The notes below the pieces were generated by a model. It ran no database searches, was not told the DNA's origin, and saw only the letters and a list, made by a program, of their open reading frames with translations. A program made the translations under genes and the position numbers. Shown one piece after another: positions 20,301 through 30,200 of a stretch of DNA of 64,000 nucleotides (the stretch's first letter is position 1; each line of letters opens with the position of its first letter). The DNA lies in the IMG/VR virus record IMGVR_UViG_2716884766_000001, positions 1-64,000 of that record; one strand, given 5' to 3'. The stretch comes from a virus.

Positions 20301-23300
20301 GCTGTCTCTCCTGCTGTGCCTGGTCTCAATACAACGTCAGTATATGCTCCTGCTGAGCCAGGTGTTCCTACAGAGATTGAAACGATATCAGTAGCTAGAG
20401 TTCCACCATCTTCTCTACCCATGGTGATTGGGTGTCCTGCGTTAGAGGAATCACTCTGATCAAAACGATAGGTGTTGCCCTCTGTCATAGTGAGAGCTGC
20501 CTGTGTGCTACCATTGATGACATATACGTCATCAGGAGGAGGTGTGCCAGGATTTGATATTACTGTAACAGTATATGTTTGTGTTGGGTTGTTGTAAACA
20601 CTTACTGAATCATATTGTCCGTCTGTATATCCACTACCACCGTTTGATACGTTGACTACCCAACCTGGTACTCTAAAGTCAGCACTAGCAGTCTGTGTTG
20701 GTTCTGTACCACCACTTACGAATGTAAAGTTAACACCTTGATAAAAGCCTGGTGTGTAGGCACTACCATTATTTGTTATGTTACCAGTCAGTGACTGGAT
20801 ATTAACTGATGTCTCGGCATCTCCACCAGCTCCACCAATAAGTGTCAAAGTAGGAGCAGTGTCGTAACCAACACCAGGACCAGTTATCTCAATACCAGAT
20901 AGTCTACCGTTTCTCTTACTGAAAGCTGGTTGTAGAACAGCATCAGTAATAGGATTACCACCCTGTATTAGAATCGTAGGAGTAAAGTTATAACCCGCAC
21001 CAACGTTTGTTATGTTGACAGCACCGATTGGGAAACCGATAGTTGCTGTAGCAGAACCGCCACCACCTGTACTATCTCCTGTAGCATTTGCTATTGAAAC
21101 AGTTGGAGCAGATGTATATCCACTACCTCTAGAGTTAATAGCAATATTATTAATAGATCTACCACAATAGACTTGAAGAGAAGCAGCGTTTGCTCCTACG
21201 TCTTCTGAGAAAGTAATTGAAGGTAGAGAGTTACCATCATATAATGTACCTTGCTCAGTAATAGTGATGCCTGTGATTACACCAGCTGATGCTGTAAGAG
21301 TTGCTTCAGCGTTAACACCCTTCAATGAGTGTGACTCAGCACTACTGGAATCAGCAGATGGTGATAGAGATATAGCAGAACCACCTTGTGATGTTGCTAG
21401 TCCAAAGTTATCACCCGACTTATTAACAACGTAATAGATTGTACCAGAGCTTAATCCAATACTCTCAGATCCTGAGTTATTGTCATAAACGATTCTTAGG
21501 TTGTTAGTAAATGGGTTGTTAGGAAGAGTAAATGTAGTACCAGATATATCACTGAAAGTATCAAATGTAACCTGATTAGGTTCTTCAATAGTGATAGTTG
21601 GTGTGCCTGTATAAGTTGATCCACCGTCACTAATATCAATTCTGTTGATTACACCATACTGTTCAAGAACTGCTGTAGCATCAGGGTTTGTAGTACCCGC
21701 AGTGAATGTAATATCAGGAGGTGTAGTATAAAGTTGACCAGGACTGGTTACAGTAACAGTCTTCAGTGAACCATCGTTAGTGTCGATAGTACAAGATGCC
21801 TGACCGTTAACAGCAGGGTTTGTATCTAATGTTAGGGTTGATGAACCGCCAGTATATCCATCACCTGTATTATTAACAGTGACTGATGATAACTTTTCAG
21901 TAGATATGAGAAGGTTCGTATCGGATAATAGTCCATAAGCGTTGAATCCACCTCTTCGTTGCTGTTGACCGAGGAAGATGTCAATAGAACCAGTTTGAGC
22001 AGTGTTGAAACTACCTACCTTGTTTTGGTCAAAGTAAGCGTTCTCGTTAAATATTACCTCACCGTTGAATGTAATGTCTTCGTTACCCGCAGGGTCGATT
22101 AGTAGAGCACCACTTGTAGTAGAGAAAGTGTTACCCGCTAGTCTTATATTACCTGTCTCGATGTATGCAGGATAGATGTTTGTAGTACCAGTGGAGTCAG
22201 ATAATCCAATACTGGTTGCTTGCTGTGATGATGATGTTGACTGGAAGTTAACGTTACCTGTTTCTTGGTCAACTAAGAATACCTCACCGACTCTGAAGTC
22301 ACCCTTCTGGTCAGTAGATGAGTAGAATACTCTACCACCATTTGTTTCTACGACTTCGTTAGCTTGGTTTGCTAGAGATGCGTCATTGGTAAAGTCCTTG
22401 CCAGAACCAATGTACATGAAGTTGTGTGCTGATAGAATTAGTTTACAACCATTACCATCAGAAACAGCACCCTTTAAACCATAGATGTTAGCAGATGCTA
22501 TAGACTTAAGTTCACAACCGAACTCACTATAGTCAACAAGTGCTATACCTGTAGCAGAGTCACCACCTGTAGAACGAACATCCTTTGGAGAAGGAGTGTC
22601 ACTAAATGAACTTGCTTGATCTGTACCATTAAAATGTATTAAAAGAACTGTATTAACATCTGTACCATACTCTGAAGATGGAGCAGTAAAGTTACTTGTA
22701 AATCTTGCTGTACCGTGACTGACTCTAACTTCATCTATACGTCCTGTGAAGAAGTCACCACCGACTGTACCATGATTAGAACCAATGTTTAATGGTTTTG
22801 TATTACCATAGTTTCTATTATCTGTATCTCCTCCTGCTCCTGTGATTGAAGTACCATCTAAAAATACCTTTGTAGTACCGTTGTAACGTGCTAGAGCAAC
22901 GTGATGCCAAGTGTTGAGGGATAATGTACCTCCACTTAGATGTTCTGTAGTATCAGTACTAAACTTTAATGTACCACCTGTTTGATATAATCTAGGAGCT
23001 ACATCAGAATCAGATGTTCTGAAGTCAAAGATTGTAGAAGTTCCAGTGGTAGAAGTAGCATAAACAAATGCTTCTACAGCAAAGTTTGCTGTACCAAAAC
23101 CAAAGTCTTCAACAGTCTCAATACTAACAAAGTCACCAGTACCATCAAGTTCTAGTGACGCAGTTCCAAATTTTTTAATTCCAGTATCCAGTCTAGCGTC
23201 AGCGTTAGGAGTAAGAGTCTTACCCTCTTCTAGTGCTGTAGTAAACTGTCCTTCACCTTTTCCGTTTAGGTATATGTAATTACCATCATTGGATGTGATA

Positions 23301-24490
23301 GCACCATAACCTACCGCTTTCTTATATGTGACATTACCAGATGTATTACCCGCTGTAAGAGCAAAGGTAAATGTATCAGCTGTTGGTGCTCCTGTTACCT
23401 GATAATAACCATCAGTAGCACTGCCCCCAATAAAGTCACAGTATACGCGGTCATTCGTAGATAAACCATGAGCCGTCCTCGTAACTGTTACAACGTTAGA
23501 AGATAAAGCATAAGTACCAGATCTAAATTGGTCTTCTAATTCATATATTTCTTCACTAGCATCAAAGCTACCAGTTACACCTGATAGTTTTAATCTTACT
23601 TTACCAGTTCCATGCTTACCTGTAGCACCCTGTATACCTTTAATACCTTCGTTAGCGAAGTATATGAAAGAGTTCTGCCACTCACAACGAACACCGTTAG
23701 TTAAGAGAATACCAACTGAGTTAGGTACGATGAATGTTGCTTCGTTGAATAATACTGATGTTTCTAGAGTATTGGCACTAGCAATAGCACCATCTAGTTT
23801 AGCACCACGTCCTGCATCCCCTGCGTCAAATCCATAGGGGTCACTAGCAGATGTGGTTGATCCTTTGTTTAGGACTGTGACTCTCTGTACATAAGCACTT
23901 CTATCTGAGTCCCAGTTGTTAGCAGCAACGAAGGCATAACCTGTGTCGTTACTACTATTGTAGAACATGTCCTTAACAGTTAGTTCTGATACAGTGGTGT
24001 CACCATTCAATACAAAACAGTTAAGATCGTTTGTTGCTGTTGTTGGATATATCTGTGTCGCTCTTAATCCTGCTCCTCTAACTGCCACTCCGTCTGGAAC
24101 TGTTAGGGGAAATTCTTCTTGATATTCACCAGCTGCTATATTAACTGTATCTCCTGCTGAAGCAGCGGCTAGGGCATATTTGATTGAAAGGAATGGAGTA
24201 GAAGCATGCCTACCTCTATTTGCTCCACCTAATAGTGTAGCAGAGTCTGTACCTGTTTTAGCAACGAATAGATGATTACTAGGACCATTAGTAATATCAG
24301 ACGCAAGCATAGACGCAGTAACACTAGCGGTGTTTGGAGCCGCGTTACCTATCTCTACGATAGTACCTGAATTGTTTACAAAGAGTTTTTTATCCGCGAT
24401 ATTAATCGCGACTTCCTTATCGACTAGATCACTATTGGTCGGTGTCGCGTTCGGGGTTATCGAGCTCTTTAGTTTGATCCTCGTTGCCAT
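17357..24490 (-). CDS. Large virion structural / fibre protein (2377 aa): beta-helix, LamG/ConA-like and cupredoxin-like modules
   Basis: N-terminal RIKLKSS...EVAINIADKKLF; beta-helix start (LFVAKTG...PFLSIKYAL...GDTVNIAAGEYQE); LamG-like region (KFGTASL...NTWHHVAL...FTGRIDEVRVS, about 22625-23180); G.GY...P repeats; GIRYNTTTSQFEGY motif. Confidence 0.85.
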   Translation of the reverse strand: MATRIKLKSSITPNATPTNSDLVDKEVAINIADKKLFVNNSGTIVEIGNAAPNTASVTASMLASDITNGPSNHLFVAKTGTDSATLLGGANRGRHASTPFLSIKYALAAASAGDTVNIAAGEYQEEFPLTVPDGVAVRGAGLRATQIYPTTATNDLNCFVLNGDTTVSELTVKDMFYNSSNDTGYAFVAANNWDSDRSAYVQRVTVLNKGSTTSASDPYGFDAGDAGRGAKLDGAIASANTLETSVLFNEATFIVPNSVGILLTNGVRCEWQNSFIYFANEGIKGIQGATGKHGTGKVRLKLSGVTGSFDASEEIYELEDQFRSGTYALSSNVVTVTRTAHGLSTNDRVYCDFIGGSATDGYYQVTGAPTADTFTFALTAGNTSGNVTYKKAVGYGAITSNDGNYIYLNGKGEGQFTTALEEGKTLTPNADARLDTGIKKFGTASLELDGTGDFVSIETVEDFGFGTANFAVEAFVYATSTTGTSTIFDFRTSDSDVAPRLYQTGGTLKFSTDTTEHLSGGTLSLNTWHHVALARYNGTTKVFLDGTSITGAGGDTDNRNYGNTKPLNIGSNHGTVGGDFFTGRIDEVRVSHGTARFTSNFTAPSSEYGTDVNTVLLIHFNGTDQASSFSDTPSPKDVRSTGGDSATGIALVDYSEFGCELKSIASANIYGLKGAVSDGNGCKLILSAHNFMYIGSGKDFTNDASLANQANEVVETNGGRVFYSSTDQKGDFRVGEVFLVDQETGNVNFQSTSSSQQATSIGLSDSTGTTNIYPAYIETGNIRLAGNTFSTTSGALLIDPAGNEDITFNGEVIFNENAYFDQNKVGSFNTAQTGSIDIFLGQQQRRGGFNAYGLLSDTNLLISTEKLSSVTVNNTGDGYTGGSSTLTLDTNPAVNGQASCTIDTNDGSLKTVTVTSPGQLYTTPPDITFTAGTTNPDATAVLEQYGVINRIDISDGGSTYTGTPTITIEEPNQVTFDTFSDISGTTFTLPNNPFTNNLRIVYDNNSGSESIGLSSGTIYYVVNKSGDNFGLATSQGGSAISLSPSADSSSAESHSLKGVNAEATLTASAGVITGITITEQGTLYDGNSLPSITFSEDVGANAASLQVYCGRSINNIAINSRGSGYTSAPTVSIANATGDSTGGGGSATATIGFPIGAVNITNVGAGYNFTPTILIQGGNPITDAVLQPAFSKRNGRLSGIEITGPGVGYDTAPTLTLIGGAGGDAETSVNIQSLTGNITNNGSAYTPGFYQGVNFTFVSGGTEPTQTASADFRVPGWVVNVSNGGSGYTDGQYDSVSVYNNPTQTYTVTVISNPGTPPPDDVYVINGSTQAALTMTEGNTYRFDQSDSSNAGHPITMGREDGGTLATDIVSISVGTPGSAGAYTDVVLRPGTAGETADYICSSHANMGASVTINSGSAGSYGTGLSIDVTVEGGQVTQVFSNAQGENYQVGNDIQARQADIGGTGSGLDMQLTANTTVINEVTNISLDGGPYTVGDVLSVDQGDVGGSGSGFQYTVTKVGFIKDVTISDGGFGYNVGQTLIPRVSGNESGPATSGNPFQLTVGGVTSADRFEFTHDSALISDAFKVAGTKDPTLYEGTLSIGKQATVFQVEGEFGHITTTGNITADGDLVVKGNMTLGDEAADTLSITGTQTVTGDTTQTGNLTLEGDLTQTVGNVAITNVTANLADGTAAAPSLNFATSLTTGLFHKNPDEFGIAIAGVEKAVYGTSLNIGNDFQVGVDTTTASPVLKVDVANATIITGTSAKGLQINNDASISAIGTDADVDITFTPKGNGGITLTGLVGRNFKVDNGGNTVFNVAMGTGDLETSGYLQSGGRLKITDAVLQNTASGVSNSFGSLVTLNTTGSGTTFTDGTFTGVAITATGTGKGSGGTVDVTIVSSSITSVVVNAGGKNYEAGDTVTLDAAVIGTDSVQQVVIVDVAGTGIAIKPGPAKNILCDTTGTLIVPVGNTNNRPGADDTYLGGIRYNTTTSQFEGYNGIDYVSLGGVRDVDQDTYILTETTPGSDEDTFEFYNAGFNSLSIDVNKFILKTTKLMDVEGTLSINGTTGTDTLDVQRKGVSLLKVRGSKDVEVTGGFFMKHQLVSGTIATFNDGTLGANDGTFNATAAAYDPSGSFTGVAGVSEFAGSGATFDLTTDANGTLTTITINTGGINYEIGEVITIGGGLLGGGAGTDITFTVATLTNADVAHGKISALQSELRFNMNNDKQFLSLDSSAAKAGLKVNRNYEAGGATNYLTVLDSTATFVELDSARVEGGVLTSFTTSASIAQFDKTVYKGAKTLITLESNDGKVHMFEVTSICGAAGTVAHATITNSITSDNDLMDATVTVNADDVTISLNKSSQASSSTTFTGRFTTTKVKV

Positions 24491-24632
24491 TTATAGCATT
24501 CTCTGATGATTGATCTTGTATACTATTTAACTGGTTTTGTAAATCCAGTATCTTCGCCTCAAGCATAATGTTGGATAATGTCAGTTCAGAAACTTTACGT
24601 TGTAATGTGGAAATAATAATGTTTACGTTCAT
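24432..24632 (-). CDS. Small coiled-coil hypothetical protein
   Basis: 66 aa with heptad pattern (LQRKVSELTLSNIMLEAKILDLQNQL); fills the gap in the operon; its 3' end overlaps the next gene. Confidence 0.6.
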   Translation of the reverse strand: MNVNIIISTLQRKVSELTLSNIMLEAKILDLQNQLNSIQDQSSENAINGNEDQTKELDNPERDTDQ

Positions 24633-24644
24633 GAGTTTTCAGTG

Positions 24645-26324
24645 TTAGAAAACACCTCCATCTAAAGTGTCTGTCCATACAGGAACTCCTCCTGATGTCA
24701 CAGTTAAAACTTGGTATGAAGTTGTTGCGTCAGAACCTGTACCAGGTGATGCCATGTTAGCAGCAGCTGTTACGGCCAATGGATTTGTACCGTCACCATA
24801 AGGAATACCATACTGAGTAAAGGTTGAAACACCTGTACCACCATATTGTACTTCGAGGTCAGTATCTAGTTCTAGGTCACCAAGTACGACTGTACCACGG
24901 TTACCTGTTACACCGAAGACTGTACCAGTGTCTGTAGCATTCTCAATGAATGTCCAAGCACCAGCTCCATCAGCACCTCCAGTGCGATCATAACCAAAGA
25001 AACCAAACTGAGCAGCACTACCTGTGTGGTAGTGAACTTTAACACCTCTGTCTAGTCCGTCACTAGCATCTCTTACAGCAGTAATAGTTGCACCACTATC
25101 TAGGTTACCAGTGATTGCCTGATCTAGAGTGATCGTTTTGGCACCTGAGTTAATAGATTGAATGTTTGTTGAGTTTGCTATACTTGTTCCAGTAATATCA
25201 TCACCAACATTTAATCCTACCACTCTGTCTACAGTAAGAACTGTAGCACCTGATGTAGCAGAAGCAGTCAATGTTAATACAGTTGTAGGATCACCTAACT
25301 CGATTGTAGGGTCGTTAACTGACATTGAAGCACTGTTAACTGTAGTTGTAGTACCATCAATCTGTAGGTCACCTTTAATTATGACCAAACCATCTGCGTC
25401 ACCACCAGCTGGAAATGGGTCAATGATCATCTCTGTACCAGAGGTAGTAGAGAGGATATTACCATCCATCTTTAACTGGTCAATAGTAAACTCACCAGTC
25501 TGGTTGATAGTACCAGAAACTGTTTGTGTACCATTGAATGTAACACCATTCTCAAATGTAGTTGTTGAGTTAACTGTTAGTGTGTCGGTGTTAGCAGTAC
25601 CGATTGTAGTATCGTCATCAACATTTAAGTCTTTGATCCATGCTTTAGCACCAACTGCTAAACCACCTGATACCATCACAGCAGCAGTTGTGGAGTTGGA
25701 CGCTGTAGTAGTGTCAGCAAATGTTACTTGAACACCTGTGTCATACTGCTGATCAGCACCAGCCCATCTTAGTTTGTCTGTAGTTGTCTCATCATAATAT
25801 ACACGTGCGTCATTTCCTGTACCGAACTTTAGGGGGATATCGTCCTGTATAAGAACTGAAGCAGCTGCGTTACCACCTGACACTCTTCTGACTTGTAAGT
25901 CACCGTCAGAGTCGTCCCAGACGAACTCAAGGTCTCCAGATGTACCGAACTCTACTTCCTGTCCATCTTGGAAAACAACCTTACCAGTGCCATTAGCACC
26001 GATGATTAGGTCTGCGTCTGTTGTGCTTGTGTCAATTACGTTCGCATTGATCTGAACGTCATCAACCAAGAGTTGATCTATTTTACTATTACTATCTACA
26101 ATGATAGATGAATCCGCTGTCAGTACGCCATGTACCTGATCCATCATATCTGTATAATACTTACCACCTACAACCTGAGCAGCAGAGTTGTTGTCTCCAA
26201 CAAATAGTCTGTCTCCTAAGTTTGCCTGTGTACCTGAACCTACGGTTAGAGCTAATTCACCAAATTCAATGGTACCTGGTGCTGCTGTTCCCGTACTTCT
26301 TTTGACCAGTAGCTTTGATGCCAT
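24645..26324 (-). CDS. Virion structural / short fibre protein (559 aa)
   Basis: N-terminal LVKRSTG..APG..FGELA fibre-attachment-like motif; GDLQIDGTTTTVNS and GGTG motifs; ends LDGGVF. Confidence 0.75.
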   Translation of the reverse strand: MASKLLVKRSTGTAAPGTIEFGELALTVGSGTQANLGDRLFVGDNNSAAQVVGGKYYTDMMDQVHGVLTADSSIIVDSNSKIDQLLVDDVQINANVIDTSTTDADLIIGANGTGKVVFQDGQEVEFGTSGDLEFVWDDSDGDLQVRRVSGGNAAASVLIQDDIPLKFGTGNDARVYYDETTTDKLRWAGADQQYDTGVQVTFADTTTASNSTTAAVMVSGGLAVGAKAWIKDLNVDDDTTIGTANTDTLTVNSTTTFENGVTFNGTQTVSGTINQTGEFTIDQLKMDGNILSTTSGTEMIIDPFPAGGDADGLVIIKGDLQIDGTTTTVNSASMSVNDPTIELGDPTTVLTLTASATSGATVLTVDRVVGLNVGDDITGTSIANSTNIQSINSGAKTITLDQAITGNLDSGATITAVRDASDGLDRGVKVHYHTGSAAQFGFFGYDRTGGADGAGAWTFIENATDTGTVFGVTGNRGTVVLGDLELDTDLEVQYGGTGVSTFTQYGIPYGDGTNPLAVTAAANMASPGTGSDATTSYQVLTVTSGGVPVWTDTLDGGVF

Positions 26325-26545
26325 TAGAATGTACCCCCGTTAATCGTTATGTTGTTTAATACTGTTGTTGGTATGAACTTAGCTATACTTTGTTTGTATA
26401 CTAAAACACTACCGTCTTGTAAACCACCTGAGCTTGTGTCTGTCAGGTCAACGTCAGCTAAAGCACCAACGTTTCCACCCCCACCGCCTGTAGCGACGCG
26501 GGTTACTCTTGGAATTGATTGATCTCCAAATCTTAACCTTGCCAT
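26324..26545 (-). CDS. Small structural protein
   Basis: 73 aa; LADVD...DGSVLVY repeat-like motif and terminal NGGTF; overlapping stop/start with both neighbours. Confidence 0.7.
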   Translation of the reverse strand: MARLRFGDQSIPRVTRVATGGGGGNVGALADVDLTDTSSGGLQDGSVLVYKQSIAKFIPTTVLNNITINGGTF

Positions 26546-26883
26546 TAAAGTGTTACTCCCTCAAGTACGCTTACTGTTCCTTCTAACACTCTCGTCTTTA
26601 GACCAGAGGGAGAAGTTATTACGACATCATATACATACCGTCCTGACTTCATTGCTGTCGTCTGAACCGCATTTAGTGAAAGTTGTACACGACCCGCTGT
26701 TACGGGTGTCATGATTGCTGCTGTAACTGTGACAGAAGAACTACTTGTATAATGCTTCTTGATCATTGATGCTACAGTATATCCAGTCATATCGAATTCT
26801 GTCCCGTTATCATTCTCAACTGTGAAGTCAATATTGAAATCGGAACCTTGATATACGAGTAAGTTGGATACCGCAGATGCCAT
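26545..26883 (-). CDS. BppU-N-like baseplate-associated protein
   Basis: 112 aa; QGSDF...DMTGYT...G.VQLSL...QT...GRYVYDV...TRVLEG motif. Confidence 0.7.
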   Translation of the reverse strand: MASAVSNLLVYQGSDFNIDFTVENDNGTEFDMTGYTVASMIKKHYTSSSSVTVTAAIMTPVTAGRVQLSLNAVQTTAMKSGRYVYDVVITSPSGLKTRVLEGTVSVLEGVTL

Positions 26884-26906
26884 GGTATAAAATTTTCCCT
26901 AAAGAG

Positions 26907-26913
26907 TATTTAT
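26907..26913 (-). promoter_or_regulatory. T4-like late promoter (ATAAATA)
   Basis: Plus strand TATTTAT, 24 nt upstream of the ATG at 26883. Confidence 0.65.
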
Positions 26914-26920
26914 CTCAGAG

Positions 26921-27217
26921 TTATTTATTGCTTTTTTCCACTAGAACTTGAAGCATAGACTTGAGTTCTGTAATCTCATCTTTGAGGTCTAGAACTTCAT
27001 CACGCTTCTTGCTAGCTTCAGCACGGGCTTTGATATATGCCTCGTACGCAGCACGATCCGTATTAACAATAGCATTGCTATCTGGATCTCTTCCTAGGTG
27101 TTTATGATCTTCTACTTTTATTAAACCTTTTTCGTCTCTTGGGTCTAGTATACCCTGCTCTCTACGAGCAGTGATTTCTTTTTCTCGTTCTCTGGCTATT
27201 GCCTCAAAGTCTTCCAT
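26921..27217 (-). CDS. Conserved hypothetical protein downstream of the VrlC-like gene
   Basis: 98 aa; KVE.H..L.RD..SNAIVNTD..AY..Y motif and a C-terminal coiled coil. Confidence 0.75.
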   Translation of the reverse strand: MEDFEAIAREREKEITARREQGILDPRDEKGLIKVEDHKHLGRDPDSNAIVNTDRAAYEAYIKARAEASKKRDEVLDLKDEITELKSMLQVLVEKSNK

Positions 27218-30200
27218 TATGCCAATGCAATGATTCTTAGGTCTTTGACTCTTGGGATGTAAGGTTGATTATAGTTCTTAAGGACTATCTTAAGTTGGAA
27301 TCCATCATAAGCAGGAGCGTCATCCAAGGTGTATTCAAAATCACCGAAGACAAATGGGTCATTTTGGGGAACCATTAATCCACTATCGGGACGACCATCC
27401 GTGTTAAAGAACTCAAAGTTCAAGTCATCAGGGTCACCAGTATAACCTACTGGTACTAACTTATACATCACCTGTATCGTTGAAAACTCAAATGTATTTG
27501 CTGCCATTGCCACTTTGACACCAGTAGCGGAGTTATCCAATCTAGCGAGTCTAGTGATGTATATAGCAGCGTTCTCATCGCCTATTCCAGAGGTAGGAGC
27601 AGCGTTGTTGATGAGGTTCGCAGTAGTTGTGACACTCATACGTTGTGTGTCTACTACAGGAGATAGGTGTGTAACGTCAGAGAAGAAGTTTAACTCTAAG
27701 TCTAAAGATTTACCACCTGACATATTACTAATTTCATTTTGCTTAGAAGCAATGACCTTAGTAGCAAGGAAGTAATTGATATCATTTAATGTGATATCTC
27801 TAAATGTAGTGTCTTTAACAAATGAAGTCTCAGCAGTGTAACCAGCTGGGAAAGGTCCTGATGATGTACCAGAAGTACCTAACGCTCTAGCACTGATGCT
27901 ACAGCCTGGTTGTGCTTGAGTCTGTATTGAAGGAGTAAGTACATCCCATGGTATATTTTGTGAGATAGAAACATTGTCTCCACCCGCTGTCAATGTCTTA
28001 TGTGCTTTGACCCCTGTAATGTTTAATCTATACTTATGAGGACTGTTCAATGTAGTCAATCCACCAAATGTAGATGTATGATGTGTGCCATTTATCTTAG
28101 TGAGAGGTATTCCTGCTAAGTTATAGCATTCTACTGTAGCACCAAGTATATGAGCTGTTCCAGTAGCAGCACCTGAGTTAGTTACTGGATCCCAATTTCT
28201 ACCACTCACTGAACCCGCATTATGTCCAACAATATCAACAACCCAATCAGGAGATCCAGTATTGATATTCTCGTATGCGATAATTTCATCACCAATCTTG
28301 AGGAAACCAGGATTGGTATCGGATACAGCAGGGGCAGAGTTGCCAGGTCCGATGTTACCACTAGCAGCAGATAAACTAGCTGCCTGTGAAGCATTACCTC
28401 CAATACAAACATGGAAGTTACCCGCTTCGATCAGAGTAATCTGTGATACACCTGAAGCTGCTAGAGCAACCTTAAGTGTAGTATCACCAACCTCAGACTT
28501 AACACCACTCATCACAACATAGTTGAGTGATGACTGCATACCATGATTACTATGGAATACATCAATATATGTGTTGTCGTCTGTAGTAGCAATAGCGTTT
28601 GGTAGAGCACTTATGAATCCACCATTGTTCTCTTCCAGTGTGGCGTTGTTTAGAATCACCTTAGACTGGCTGAGAGTTGTAGGTAGAGTAAAGTCTGCTC
28701 TGTAGATCTTGAACATCAAGTCTTCAAACTGTGATGGTGTCCAAGTAGATGCGTTCTGTGACTTGAATAGAACACCGATATATGGCTGTTCAGAGATCTT
28801 CTCTCCTGCGTGAGCAGCATCAATAGCATCTTCACCTAATAGTGAGATGAATACTTTATATTGGTTTGAGTCAGATGTAACAACAATAGCATGTTCCTGT
28901 TGATGTCCGATGAACACAGGAGATTCAAATGTAAATGTTGTTGGTGTTGAAGCATCAGTAGATGTTACTACATCTTTTGCTTGTTTAATAACTTTAGAGA
29001 AAGGAACGATGGTCTGTGTAGGTGTACCATTTTCTACTGTCCTTATATCAATAGCAACTGGAATCTCAAAGTCTTTCTGTTGGAAGAATAGATCAATCTT
29101 AGTTAAGAATACACCACCCTCTAAGTTCTCATCTTGAATCAAGAATGTCTGTGCTAGTGGGTCAGACCATAGAGTTCTGTTCTGAGTGAACTTCTGCTCA
29201 TCAATCTGTGCGTTACGCACAGATATAATAGTCTCCTGTGTAGTCTGTAAGATACCTGTAGCAGCGTATTCTGTCTGTGCTGATGACTCAGACTCACCTT
29301 GTACCTGTGAATCATTAACTGTATCAGATAGACGGAAGATACGTGTACCTGTCTTAAACTTAGGATTAGTTGCTTTGCTTGGATCAGGTATAAAGAATGT
29401 ACCCTTAATAAATCCAGCTGGGTCTGTGATTAGTTTTCTTTCTTTAACTTTCGCTTTAGCACCTGAACTTTGTCCGACAAGGATTTCATTCGGGATTGGA
29501 TTGCCAGAATACGCTCCGAGAGCTTGAGCAGCAAGAGCACTGGTATCAAGGTTAATCCAGCCGAGGTTCGCTGTGTAGTCGGATACCGACGATATATTAA
29601 CGTTCGTGTATGGGTTGACTGTGTAGTTATCATTAGGTTCTAATATCCTTAATGAGCATCCAGAGGTGAGACCTTTTACTGTCTCTCCAACTTGGAATGG
29701 TGTACTATTAGTATCTGCATCATCTGTTGGGTTCTTTGTCACCTCAAGTAGTTTAGGTGTAACGAATGCTTTGATATCTACCCCATCAAAGAATGGATAG
29801 AATCTTGTCTTAGGCTTAAGTTTCTCACCCTTAAATTCTATGTTTCTGGAACGCATGTTCTGTATGTGTTCCACAGATACAACCTTATTACCTAAGCTCT
29901 GCTGTTCGATAACAGGTGTAATCTTATGTCTGATACCAGATCTTGTCTGGTCAGTTCTAATTCTTGTGAATACTTCAGTTCTTGTTCTACGACGCTTACC
30001 CTTACCAGTTGTTACCTGTCTTGTCTGTTGTACAGCACCTGACCATGTAGTCTGCCATGATCCCCACTGAATAGGTGTAATACCATTCTGATCAGCGTTG
30101 AATGAACGTAGACTTGTCATGTAGTTACCTTCAACCACAGGACCTTGTATAGCAGCAAGTGATTTAGTATCTACCCAATCATCTGATGCAGGAGTTAACT

